From Desulfomonilia bacterium (GTDB lineage Bacteria; Desulfobacterota; Desulfomonilia; UBA1062), in assembly GCA_963664325.2 (NCBI GenBank), contig CAXXDQ010000003.1, positions 256,001-320,000 on the forward strand: a DNA stretch of 64,000 nucleotides, read 5' to 3'. This document shows positions 1 to 9,878 of the stretch, piece by piece (position 1 is the first letter of the stretch; each line of letters starts with the position of its first letter). The notes below the pieces were generated by a model, which worked only from the letters and a program-made list of their open reading frames with translations, did no database searches and had not been told where the DNA came from. The position numbers and the translations under genes are program-made.

Positions 1-134
1 CATTACCGGTATATGTTATTGATACGGGATGACGGTTGCCTTATATATTGATGTTATTAAAGTTATTAAATAATATTTGTTTGTTTCACTAAAGAAGATA
101 TAAGGTCTTGCCGATAGGCTTAGCGAGGAGTGCA

Positions 135-1844
135 ATGGCTACCGAAAGAATTGGCGAAAAATTAATTAAAAACGCGCTTATCACACCCGAACAGTTGCTG
201 GAAGCACAAAAAGCCCAAAGGGTCAGCGGTGTGAGGCTTGGCTCTCAACTTGTAAAGCTCGGCTATATTTCCGAGGAAGAACTGGTTCAATTTTTAGGTC
301 AGCAGTACGGACTGCCCTCTATTGTCTTGAAGAATGTCAAGACGGATCACGAAGCGATAAAACTCGTCCCGCAAAACATCGTATTGAAATATAATGCCAT
401 CCCGTTTGAAAGATCTGGTTCAACACTAAAGGTGGCAATGACCGATCCATCGAATATATTTGCTGTTGACGACATTAAATTTCTCACAGGGTATTCAATC
501 GAAGTGTATGTAACATCTGAGGAATCCCTGAGATGGGCGATTGACAACCTCTATGGCAAAAACGAAGAGGAAGCGATTGAAGATACTCTGTCTGGTCTTG
601 AAGGGTTTGAAGATGGAATTGAAATTGATGAAGGGTTCGACGATGTTACGGCCGGAGCACTGGCCCATGAGGCTGAAGAAGCCCCGATAATAAAGCTTGT
701 AAATCTTATTCTTATTGACGCGATTAAAAAGGGGGCTAGTGATATTCATATCGAGCCCTATGAAAAGTTCGTCCGGGTAAGATTCAGGCTTGACGGCATG
801 CTGCAGGAAATAATGAAACCGCCCATGCGTTTTAAAAATGCTATTACATCAAGGCTCAAAATTATGAGCAAGCTTGACATAGCAGAAAGAAGGCTTCCGC
901 AAGACGGAAGGATAAAGCTGAGGGTTCAGGGCGGCAAAGAGGTTGAATTCCGTGTTTCAGTATTACCGACACTGTTCGGGGAAAAGGTTGTTTTGCGTAT
1001 TCTGGATAAGGCGACTCTGCAGCTTGACATGACAAAACTCGGATTTGAGGAAGAGGCGCTGAAGTATTTCAAGGAAGGCATTTACAAACCATGGGGTATG
1101 GTTCTGGTTACAGGCCCCACAGGCTCCGGCAAGACAACGACTTTATATTCGGCTATTTCCGAGTTGAACAGGATAGATACCAATATATCAACCGCCGAGG
1201 ATCCGGTCGAGTTTGATCTGCCGGGCATCAACCAGGTACAGATGCACGAGGAAATAGGACTGACGTTTGCTTCCGCATTAAGGTCTTTTCTAAGGCAGGA
1301 CCCTGATATAATTCTTGTCGGGGAGATCAGGGACTTTGAAACGGCAGAAATAGGCATCAAAGCTGCCCTTACAGGCCATCTTGTCCTGTCAACACTTCAC
1401 ACGAACGATGCCCCGGCAACAATCAACAGGCTTCTTAATATGGGAATCGAGCCTTTCCTTGTAGCATCTTCGGTCAACCTCATAGTTGCCCAGAGGCTTG
1501 CAAGAAAGAATTGCAAGGAGTGCATTACAGACGACGATGTCCCGTCGGGGACTCTTGTCCAGATGGGAATGGACCCTGAAATTGCGAAAAAAGTTGTAGC
1601 CAAAAAGGGGAGCGGCTGTCCTGCATGCAATAATTCGGGGTACAAAGGCAGAGTTGCCCTTTACGAGGTTATGACGGTAGGAGAATCTCTCAAGGAATTG
1701 ATCCTGATGGGTGCATCGGCATCCGAGATAAAGAGAGAGGCGATAAATCAGGGGATGAAGACATTAAGGCAAAGCGGTCTGACTAAAATAGCCGAAGGTG
1801 TAACATCCGTGTCCGAAGTTCTCAGGACAACTATGCCGGATTGA
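135..1844 (+). CDS. pilB: Type IV pilus assembly ATPase PilB
   Basis: N-terminal MshEN-like repeats (RIGEKLI...RLGSQLVKLGYIS), Walker A GPTGSGKTT, LRQDPDIILVGEIRD, tetracysteine Zn motif (CKEC...CPAC). ATG at 135 follows GAGGAG; the ORF track starts at 108. Confidence 0.97.
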   Translation: MATERIGEKLIKNALITPEQLLEAQKAQRVSGVRLGSQLVKLGYISEEELVQFLGQQYGLPSIVLKNVKTDHEAIKLVPQNIVLKYNAIPFERSGSTLKVAMTDPSNIFAVDDIKFLTGYSIEVYVTSEESLRWAIDNLYGKNEEEAIEDTLSGLEGFEDGIEIDEGFDDVTAGALAHEAEEAPIIKLVNLILIDAIKKGASDIHIEPYEKFVRVRFRLDGMLQEIMKPPMRFKNAITSRLKIMSKLDIAERRLPQDGRIKLRVQGGKEVEFRVSVLPTLFGEKVVLRILDKATLQLDMTKLGFEEEALKYFKEGIYKPWGMVLVTGPTGSGKTTTLYSAISELNRIDTNISTAEDPVEFDLPGINQVQMHEEIGLTFASALRSFLRQDPDIILVGEIRDFETAEIGIKAALTGHLVLSTLHTNDAPATINRLLNMGIEPFLVASSVNLIVAQRLARKNCKECITDDDVPSGTLVQMGMDPEIAKKVVAKKGSGCPACNNSGYKGRVALYEVMTVGESLKELILMGASASEIKREAINQGMKTLRQSGLTKIAEGVTSVSEVLRTTMPD

Positions 1845-1855
1845 TTGGAGGTATT

Positions 1856-2959
1856 GTGGAGAGCACAATTTATGACCTGTTGAAAAAAATGGTGGAAAAG
1901 GGCGCATCCGATCTTCACGTCACTACTGGATCTCCACCGCAGATAAGGGTGAGGGGAGATTTGTTCCCTCTGGACGAGCCGGCTCTTACACCGCCTGACA
2001 CCAGGCAGTTGCTATATTCCCTGCTGACCGAGGCGCAAAAGCATAAATTCGAAGAAGATCTGGAACTCGATTTTTCATTCGGCCTGAAGGGGCTGGCACG
2101 CTTCAGGGGCAATGTTTTTATTCAAAGAGGCGCACCTGCTGGTGTTTTCAGGATGATCCCCTACGAAATCATGTCTCTGGAAACACTCGGATTGCCGAGT
2201 GTTACCGGAAAGCTTACCAGCTATCCCAGGGGGATGGTCCTTGTAACGGGTCCTACCGGAAGCGGAAAATCAACAACGCTTGCGGCATTTCTCGACAAGA
2301 TAAACCAGGAACGCAAGGCTCATGTTATAACGATAGAAGATCCTATAGAATTTGTTCACAAACATAAGAATTGTCTGGTCAACCAGAGGGAAATTGGAAG
2401 CGATACAAGGAACTTTGGAAATGCACTGAAGCACATTCTCAGACAGGATCCGGATGTCGTATTCATAGGTGAAATGAGAGACCTGGAAACAATGCAGGCG
2501 GCGCTTACGATCTCTGAAACAGGACACCTGGTTTTTGCAACGCTGCATACGAATTCATCAGTTCAGACTATTAACAGGATTGTAGATGCCTTTCCCTCAC
2601 ACCAGCAGCCCCAGGTACGGGCTCAGCTGGCATTCGTTCTCGAAGCGGTTATTGCCCAGCAGCTTCTGCCAAGAGCCGACGGTTTGGGCAGAGTCCTGAC
2701 ATGTGAAGTAATGATAGCTACACCTGCAATAAGAAATCTTATCAGGGAAGACAAGATTCACCAGATATATTCTCAGATGCAGGTAGGACAATCAAAGCAC
2801 AACATGCAAACCATGAACCAGTCTTTATATAACCTATATCTTAAGAAACTGATAACCCTTGAGGATGCCCTGGGGTGGGCGGTGGATGTTGATGAACTCA
2901 AACAGATGATGTCTTCAACAGGTGGGATAAAGATAAATTCTGGAGGAGAGAGGAGATAG
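1856..2959 (+). CDS. pilT: Type IV pilus retraction ATPase PilT
   Basis: GASDLH, GPTGSGKSTT, TIEDPIE, LRQDPD and the PilT AIRNLIRE motif. GTG at 1856 follows GGAGG. Confidence 0.97.
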   Translation: MESTIYDLLKKMVEKGASDLHVTTGSPPQIRVRGDLFPLDEPALTPPDTRQLLYSLLTEAQKHKFEEDLELDFSFGLKGLARFRGNVFIQRGAPAGVFRMIPYEIMSLETLGLPSVTGKLTSYPRGMVLVTGPTGSGKSTTLAAFLDKINQERKAHVITIEDPIEFVHKHKNCLVNQREIGSDTRNFGNALKHILRQDPDVVFIGEMRDLETMQAALTISETGHLVFATLHTNSSVQTINRIVDAFPSHQQPQVRAQLAFVLEAVIAQQLLPRADGLGRVLTCEVMIATPAIRNLIREDKIHQIYSQMQVGQSKHNMQTMNQSLYNLYLKKLITLEDALGWAVDVDELKQMMSSTGGIKINSGGERR

Positions 2960-2962
2960 CCT

Positions 2963-4159
2963 ATGCCAATATTCGTTTGGGAGGGCAAACTTGCTGACGG
3001 GACTGTAAAAAAGGGTGAGGTTGATGCCGGAAGCAAGGCGGCAGTAAACACCATCCTCAGAAGGCAGAAGATAACTCCAACAACAATAAAATCTAAATCA
3101 AGACAGATCGCACTGTTCAAGAAAAAAGTTAAGACGAAAGAACTTGTTGTTTTTGTCAGACAGTTTGCAACCATGATAAATGCGGGACTCCCTCTTGTTC
3201 AATGTCTTGAAATACTGGGAGGCCAGCAGGACAACTCCGAATTTAAAAGGATTATTACGATAATCAGACAGGATGTGGAGGGAGGCTCGACATTTGCCGA
3301 TGCTCTCAAAAAACATCCGCAAATATTTGATGAGCTTTTTGTCAACCTGGTAGCGGCAGGTGAACTTGGCGGAGTCCTTGATGTAATTCTTAACAGGCTC
3401 GCTTTGCATATGGAGAAGGCTGAAGCGATCAAAGGCAAAGTTAAAAGTGCAATGGTATACCCGATAATCGTTGTTTGTGTGGCCGTTGCTGTCGTCTCAG
3501 TACTTATGATATTTGTCATTCCGACATTTAAAGAGATGTTTACCTCGTTCGGAGGAACCCTGCCGGCCCCGACCCAGATTGTTATAGGCATGAGCAATTT
3601 CTTCAGGGGGTACTGGTGGGTCTTGATAATTATTATTGTGGTAATTGTTGTCGCCTATAAAAACGCAATGAAGATGCCTAAGATCCGATATCAGAAGGAT
3701 AAGATAATGCTCAAACTGCCTTTATTCGGGCCTCTTCTCCGAAAGGTCGCGGTTGCAAAATTCTCCAGGACGCTTTCAACCATGATATCTTCTGGTGTGC
3801 CGATTATGGATGGCCTTGAAATAACATCAAAGTCTTCTGGAAACATGGTGATTGAAGAAGGCATTAAAAATGTCAGACAGTCGATAAGCGAAGGAAAACC
3901 GATGGCCGAACCGCTTGAGGCAACTGGACTCTTTCCCGGCATGGTTGTTCAGATGGTTTCCGTTGGCGAGGCAACCGGAGCTCTTGATAATATGCTTTCC
4001 AAAATTGCGGATTTTTATGATGAAGAAGTCGATGCCGCGGTTTCGGCCCTTACTTCTTCACTGGAACCTTTGCTCATGGTGTTTCTCGGCGGTACAATCG
4101 GATTCCTGGTAGTGGCGATGTACCTGCCTATCTTCAAAATGGGTGCGGTTGTCGGTTAG
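2963..4159 (+). CDS. pilC: Type IV pilus inner-membrane platform protein PilC (T2SS F family)
   Basis: FVRQFATMINAGLPL, AGELGGVLD, GEATGALD, AMYLPIF; pilB-pilT-pilC synteny. Confidence 0.96.
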   Translation: MPIFVWEGKLADGTVKKGEVDAGSKAAVNTILRRQKITPTTIKSKSRQIALFKKKVKTKELVVFVRQFATMINAGLPLVQCLEILGGQQDNSEFKRIITIIRQDVEGGSTFADALKKHPQIFDELFVNLVAAGELGGVLDVILNRLALHMEKAEAIKGKVKSAMVYPIIVVCVAVAVVSVLMIFVIPTFKEMFTSFGGTLPAPTQIVIGMSNFFRGYWWVLIIIIVVIVVAYKNAMKMPKIRYQKDKIMLKLPLFGPLLRKVAVAKFSRTLSTMISSGVPIMDGLEITSKSSGNMVIEEGIKNVRQSISEGKPMAEPLEATGLFPGMVVQMVSVGEATGALDNMLSKIADFYDEEVDAAVSALTSSLEPLLMVFLGGTIGFLVVAMYLPIFKMGAVVG

Positions 4160-4165
4160 TCCCAG

Positions 4166-4432
4166 ATGAGTATTTTTGAGGCCATGATGCTGATATGTTT
4201 CGGGGCGGCATGGCCTTCATCTATTTATAAATCCTATACATCACGGACATCCCGGGGGAAAAGTCTTGCATTCCTGATCATTGTCCTTGTCGGCTATGCA
4301 GCAGGAATCATGCATAAGGTTTTTTACAGTTTCGATCCGGTTATTTATCTTTATATAATCAACGCACTTATGGTTCTGGCGGACATTTTTCTTTACTTCA
4401 GAAACATCAGATTTGATCACAGCCCGGTATAA
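4166..4432 (+). CDS. Small membrane protein, PQ-loop/SemiSWEET-like (3 TM)
   Basis: 88 aa with three hydrophobic segments; FEAxMLICFGxAWPxSIYKS...GKSLxF pattern typical of PQ-loop-like proteins. Confidence 0.7.
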   Translation: MSIFEAMMLICFGAAWPSSIYKSYTSRTSRGKSLAFLIIVLVGYAAGIMHKVFYSFDPVIYLYIINALMVLADIFLYFRNIRFDHSPV

Positions 4433-5130
4433 CCGGAGAAAAAAAGTTCCTCATTAACAAGCGTTTTTCTGCTTCCTTTTATTTCAACTACCAGAAAGCC
4501 ATTGGAGTCTATGTCTTTGATATCGATTTCAGTTCCGTCGGACAGCATGGGCTTGAAGTCGGATTTTATATGATGTCTGAGGAAGCATTCTTTTATCGGA
4601 TCGAATCCGTCTTTTATTAGTATATGATACCACTTCCCGATTGAATCAATGATAAGGCCTGAGACATCAATGATATTATAATGGTTGCCGGAAACAAGTT
4701 TAAGGGACACTGCTTTAGAAACAAGATCATCGGGCCATTCAGTCTGATTAATGTTAACCCCGATGCCGACGGCCGTGATGGGAGGTCTTGATTCGCAGAG
4801 GATTCCTGCAATCTTTCTGCCTTTGACAAGGATGTCGTTAGGCCATTTAATAAGAGATGCTTCACCGGGAAGGATCCCGGATATAGCCTCCCGTGCAGCC
4901 ACACCTGCCATCACCGTATATCTTGTATCTATACCCGGCAATGTAATGCTAAGAAAAAGGTTGCCCTCAGGCGAAAACCACTGGTGTCCCCTCCGGCCTC
5001 TTCCGGCGCTTTGCCTTTCTGCTGAGACTGCTACAAATGGTTTTCCGTGATCAAGGGCATACCTGTTGGTCGAATCTACAGTCTCAAGGTTGATAAGCTC
5101 TGTTGCGAAGCCTTTTTTATCAGCCTTCAA
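4417..5130 (-). CDS. birA: Biotin--[acetyl-CoA-carboxylase] ligase (no N-terminal HTH)
   Basis: VDSTN, AERQSAGRGRRGHQWFSP, IKWPNDI, KIAGILCE, GIGVNIN motifs. Confidence 0.93.
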   Translation of the reverse strand: MKADKKGFATELINLETVDSTNRYALDHGKPFVAVSAERQSAGRGRRGHQWFSPEGNLFLSITLPGIDTRYTVMAGVAAREAISGILPGEASLIKWPNDILVKGRKIAGILCESRPPITAVGIGVNINQTEWPDDLVSKAVSLKLVSGNHYNIIDVSGLIIDSIGKWYHILIKDGFDPIKECFLRHHIKSDFKPMLSDGTEIDIKDIDSNGFLVVEIKGSRKTLVNEELFFSGYTGL

Positions 5131-7770
5131 GGAGTTTTCTGGCCCTCTCTATTTTTTCAAGCTTGAAGCTTAACTCTTCCTTCAGCCTTTTCTGCTCCTC
5201 AACGACCTCCGGGTCGGCCTTCTCCATGAAATTTCTGTTTGAAAGTTTCTTGTTTTTTGCATCCAGGTCTGAGCTTACGTTTTTGAGCTGCTTGTTCAGC
5301 CGGTCCATCTCCTTGCTGATGTCTATGACGCCTTCAAGCGGTATGTATATTTCCATGTCGGCCGTTACTGCAAAGGCGCTCTCTTTTCGGGGCATCCTCT
5401 TCTACAAAGGAAAGCCCCTTGACCCTCGCAAGCCTTTTGACAAGATTTATATGGCCTTCAAGTATTGTCCTTACATCGGGCGATTTCGGTTTGAGTATTG
5501 CATCGAGCTCAATGGACGGTGATATGTTAGATTCGCCCCTTATGCTCCTTATCCCTGAAATCAGCTCGATAATAACATCCATGAAACGGGCCTCATCCAT
5601 GAAACTGAAACGTTCGTCAACAGAAGGGAAATTCGTAATGGTTATAGACTCTGGTTTTTTCCCGGGGTATGAGCTGCCAGACCTCTTCCGTTACAAAAGG
5701 TATGATCGGGTGCAGCATTTCCAGGATCGTCCTGAATACATGAACCAAAACCCATTTAGTCGTATCCGCTGTCTCGCTTTCAAGCATGGGTTTTGAAAGT
5801 TCGATGTACCAGTCGCAGAATGTGTGCCATGTAAAGTGATAAAGGATTTCCGCCACATCGTTGAACCTGTATTCATCGAGCGCCGAACGAGTGTCTGAGC
5901 AATCGTCTTGTTGAGTTCCGTCAGCACCCATTTATCCGAAGTCGAGAGCTTGAGACCCATTGCTTCAACCGACTCTGGATTGAAGTCATCGCCGATATTA
6001 TTCAGTACAAAGCGGCCTGCATTCCATATCTTGTTTATGAAAAAGCGGTAGCCCTGTATGCGCTTCTCGCTCATGCGGACATCCCGGCCCATTGCAGCAA
6101 AAGCGGCCAGGGTAAACCTGAGTGCATCCGCGCCGAAACGGTCCATCTCGGACAATGGGATCGACGAAATTCCCCTTGGTCTTGCTCATCTTCTGCCCGT
6201 GCTCGTCGCGGATCAGGCGCGTGCAGGTAAACCGTATGGAAACGGCACATCTCCCCGGTGAACTCCATGCCCATCCATGATCATGCGCGCCACCCAGAAG
6301 AACAGGATGTCAAACCCGGTCACGAGGACACTGCCCGGATAGAATATCTTGAGTTCGGGTGTCTCATCCGGCCAGCCCATTGTTGAAAAAGGCCAGAGAG
6401 CGTGCGGATGAAAACCACGTATCAAGCACGTCGGTTTCCTGCCGCAGGTTGGCGGAAGAACATTTTTGTGCATTTATCCGGGTCAGTCGTGCTTACGATG
6501 ACCTCACCGCAGTCGTCGCAGAACCAGGCGGGAATTCTGTGTCCCCACCATATCTGCCTTGAGATGCACCATTCACGGATGTTGTTCATCCATTCGTAAT
6601 ATGTCTTTTCCCATTGCTGGGGGATTATGCGCGTCGCGCCTGTTTTCACAGCCTCGGTTGCCTTTTCCGGCCAGGGGCTTTGTCCTGACGAACCACTGCT
6701 TCGAGAGGTACGGTTCGATAACGGTCCTTGCAGCGGTAGCATTTTCCCACGGGGACTTTGTATGGCGTCTTGCCAACTAAATAGCCTTGCTCTTCCAGGT
6801 CTTTTTCAAGCTGTTTTCCTGCATTCGAAACGGTCCATCCCCTTGTATGGTCCTGTATTTGATGACATAAAGCCTGATTCGTCGATTATCACGATAATCT
6901 CAAGGTTATGCCTTATTCCCATTTCATAGTCGTTCAGGTCATGAGCAGGTGTTACCTTGACCGCGCCTGTGCCGAATTCCAGGTCAACAACAGGGTCAGG
7001 TATGATTTCTATCGGCCTGTTGATTATGGGCAGGATGGCATTTTTCCCCACAAATGATTTATAGCGGCTGTCCTCGGGGTTTACGGCAATGGCCGTGTCC
7101 CCAAGCATGGTCTCGGGCCTTGTCGTGGCGACCACCACTTCGCCGCCATTTTCCATGGGGTAGCGTATATGCCACAGAAAGCTGTCCTCTTCCTCGTGAT
7201 CGACTTCGAGGTCGGAAATCGCGCTGTGACATCTCGGACACCAGTTCACGATGTAATCGCTCCTGTAGATCAGGTCTTCATTATACAGGCTTACAAAAAC
7301 TTTTCTGACCGCCCTGGAAAGGCCTTCGTCCATGGTGAACCTTATTCTGTCCCAGTCCGCATGACGCCCCCAGGCGTTTGAGCTGGTTTATGATCAGGCT
7401 GCCGTGCTTTTCCCTCCATTTCCAGACCTCTTCGATAAAGGCCATCCCTTCCCAGTTCGTGGACGGGAAGTCCCTTTTTCGGCCAGGTGCCTTTCAACGA
7501 CAGTCTGAGTTGCGATTCCTGCATGGTCGGTCCCGGGCATCCAGAGGGTGTTGTAGCCGTCCATGCGTTTATAAACGGCAGAGTATGTCCTGAAGAGTAG
7601 TATTGAGGGCGTGTCCCATATGAAGGACGCCGGTTATATTGGGAGGCGGGATGACTATGCAGAAGGCCTGTTTTTTTATTATCAGAGGGTGCATGGAAAA
7701 ATTTTTTGGTAAGCCAGAATCCATACCATTTCTGTTCAATATCGGCCGGGGTGTATTCCTGGTCAAGCAT
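5120..7770 (-). pseudogene. valS: Valine--tRNA ligase, broken by many frameshifts in this sequence (probably sequencing/assembly error)
   Basis: Collinear fragments in different frames: [15 protein letters not shown] (HIGH), [84 protein letters not shown], and the C-terminal coiled coil LSNRNFMEKADPEVV. Confidence 0.95.
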
Positions 7771-7828
7771 ATTACATCTCCTGAATTAATCTTCAACCCA
7801 CCCCATATCATTTATTAACAAATATTAG

Positions 7829-8410
7829 TCAATCTATCTTTTTCAGTTTTTCAATCTCTTCCCGTATCACCTTTTCAATAATGCCCGGCAGATCCCTTTT
7901 AACGGATGAGGCTATCTCATTGACAAGTTCAGATACAACAGGTCTGACAATGGATTCCACCATATCAGGGATATCCTTTTTTAAATATTCTATGGCAGCC
8001 TCGATGCCGGCCTTTTCAAATTCCGGTTTTGCAGACTGTTCGGGTCTATGTTCGAATTCCTGTTCAACTTTATCCTCTAAAGGTTTTTCAGCCATAACCT
8101 CATCAGGCTTTTCTTCAAAGGGGAACTCATGTTCGTCATTCTTTGGGGATGGTTTGGGCTCCTGCTTTGCTGCTGCGGCTATACCGTCCAATGACTCCCT
8201 GAACACCTTGTCAAAGTCGAATTCCTCTTTAGATTTATTTTCAGGCTGGTCGTCATTCAAGAGTTCCCTGCCCAGATCAAAGGTCTCTGCCTCGATTTTG
8301 AGAGTTTTTTCTTCAGTCTTGGGTTTTTCCGGAGCCGGTTTTTTGGCAGGGTCCTCTTCATCCATTAAGTCCGTGAGATCAATAATCAGGTCGTCATTGT
8401 CATTTGACAT
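7829..8410 (-). CDS. Acidic, largely disordered protein with a C-terminal PopZ(DUF2497)/RomR-C-like helical region
   Basis: N-terminal DDDLIIDLTD, Glu/Pro/Lys-rich middle, C-terminal IPDMVESIVRP...DLPGIIEKVIREEIEKLK; directly upstream of valS; RBS AAGGAG. Confidence 0.7.
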   Translation of the reverse strand: MSNDNDDLIIDLTDLMDEEDPAKKPAPEKPKTEEKTLKIEAETFDLGRELLNDDQPENKSKEEFDFDKVFRESLDGIAAAAKQEPKPSPKNDEHEFPFEEKPDEVMAEKPLEDKVEQEFEHRPEQSAKPEFEKAGIEAAIEYLKKDIPDMVESIVRPVVSELVNEIASSVKRDLPGIIEKVIREEIEKLKKID

Positions 8411-8433
8411 GATGAACTCCTTCGATATGTTTT

Positions 8434-9759
8434 TCAGTTTTTCATAACCGGCTGTCCGGTGGATTCCATTACGCTCATCCAGAGCGGTCCCCCGACATCA
8501 ATTTTTTTCCTCTCACCGACGCTTAAAGCAATAGGTATATGCACATAACTGTTTCCCCAATTGCCTATGAGCATATCGGTCTTCCCCGACATGCCTGCAT
8601 GCACCGCCATCTGAGCCAGAAGGCCGCAGAATATTGAATCGGTAGCATCGGCTTCAATACTGCGAATCATATAACTGGGGTCTATATATTTAAGATTTAT
8701 AGGTATGTCTTTGCCGGAAAAGAATTTCTGAATGTTATCTTTCAGGAAGATACCTATATCCCCCATTTTTATATTTCCCGAGGCATCTTTATGTGCTTTG
8801 GCACTGTCAAAAAATTTGAGACCTGCACCCTCGGCCACCACTACGACCGCATGACCCCGCTCTTTAATCCTTTTCTCGAGACAGGAGAGGAACCCGTTAT
8901 CCCCTTCGAGATCAAAATCCATTTCGGGGACAAGGACAAAATTAGCATCGCCCTGGGCTAACGCTGCATATGCGGTTATGAAGCCCGAATCCCTGCCCAT
9001 GAACTTGACAAGGCCAATGCCGTTAGGCGCGCCTTTTGCCTCGGCATGCGCGCACATAATGGCCTTTTTCGCCTCTTTTACCGCGGTGTCGAAGCCGAAG
9101 GTTTTCGATACGAAGCTGATGTCATTATCGATTGTTTTGGGTATGCCTATAACCGAACATTTATAGTTCCTTGAGAGCACTTCTTTTGCTACGGCGGAGG
9201 CAGCCTTTAATGTCCCGTCGCCTCCGATGAAAAATAAAATATTGAGGTTAAGCCTTTCAATTGCATCGACTATTTCGGTTATATCCTGGCCTCCGCGTGA
9301 CGAACCGAGAACCGTTCCGCCCCTCTCGTGTATATGTTCTACCGTTTCCGGGGTCAGGTCGATTATCGGGTGGGCGTAGCTCGGTATGAAACCCTGAAGG
9401 CCGTAAGGTATTCCGCATATGTTATGGACGCCGTACATATAATAAAATTCCATTACAATGCTTCGTATGACATTGTTTATGCCCGGGCAAAGTCCGCCGC
9501 AGGTCACTATTCCCGCCTTTGTCTTTGACGGGTCGAAGAATATCTTCTTCCTGGGGCCCGCTATTTCCAGGGTTGAAGGATACCGTCCCTGTTGCCTGCA
9601 TCTTTCCAGGGAGGCCAGTGATGAGTCAATCAGTGTCCGTTCGCCGTCTTCAACAAACATCGTGCCCATAACGGGCGAATCAATCCTGGCATTTCCCAGG
9701 GAAGCGATTTTCGTATCTATATCACCTTCCATATATGTAAATGAATTACCTGAAGCCAT
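8434..9759 (-). CDS. pfkA: ATP-dependent 6-phosphofructokinase (PfkA family, group X-like)
   Basis: TCGGLCPGINNVIR, GGTVLGSSRG, IGGDGT (Gly at the ATP/PPi-specificity position), PKTIDND, MGRDSG, KYIDPSYMIRS. Confidence 0.92.
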   Translation of the reverse strand: MASGNSFTYMEGDIDTKIASLGNARIDSPVMGTMFVEDGERTLIDSSLASLERCRQQGRYPSTLEIAGPRKKIFFDPSKTKAGIVTCGGLCPGINNVIRSIVMEFYYMYGVHNICGIPYGLQGFIPSYAHPIIDLTPETVEHIHERGGTVLGSSRGGQDITEIVDAIERLNLNILFFIGGDGTLKAASAVAKEVLSRNYKCSVIGIPKTIDNDISFVSKTFGFDTAVKEAKKAIMCAHAEAKGAPNGIGLVKFMGRDSGFITAYAALAQGDANFVLVPEMDFDLEGDNGFLSCLEKRIKERGHAVVVVAEGAGLKFFDSAKAHKDASGNIKMGDIGIFLKDNIQKFFSGKDIPINLKYIDPSYMIRSIEADATDSIFCGLLAQMAVHAGMSGKTDMLIGNWGNSYVHIPIALSVGERKKIDVGGPLWMSVMESTGQPVMKN

Positions 9760-9878
9760 ATGTCCTCCCATGCAATTCTTTTATCGGTTTTATTATGGTA
9801 TTTCTTTATTCACAGGCATAAAAAATATTAGTTTCAAACCGCCTTTGATGAGAAGCGTATATGTGATATAGCCGCCTT

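Noticed and set aside
53-70. Tandem GTTATTAAA repeat upstream of pilB
   Set aside because: Only two copies in very AT-rich DNA, so likely chance; the context is truncated by the window edge.
5120-7770. Programmed frameshifting or alternative genetic code in valS
   Set aside because: There are too many shifts in both directions, and neighbouring genes use the standard code with normal TGA stops.
8434-9759. PPi-dependent phosphofructokinase
   Set aside because: The motif is GGDG rather than GGDD, which indicates ATP specificity despite PKTIDND.
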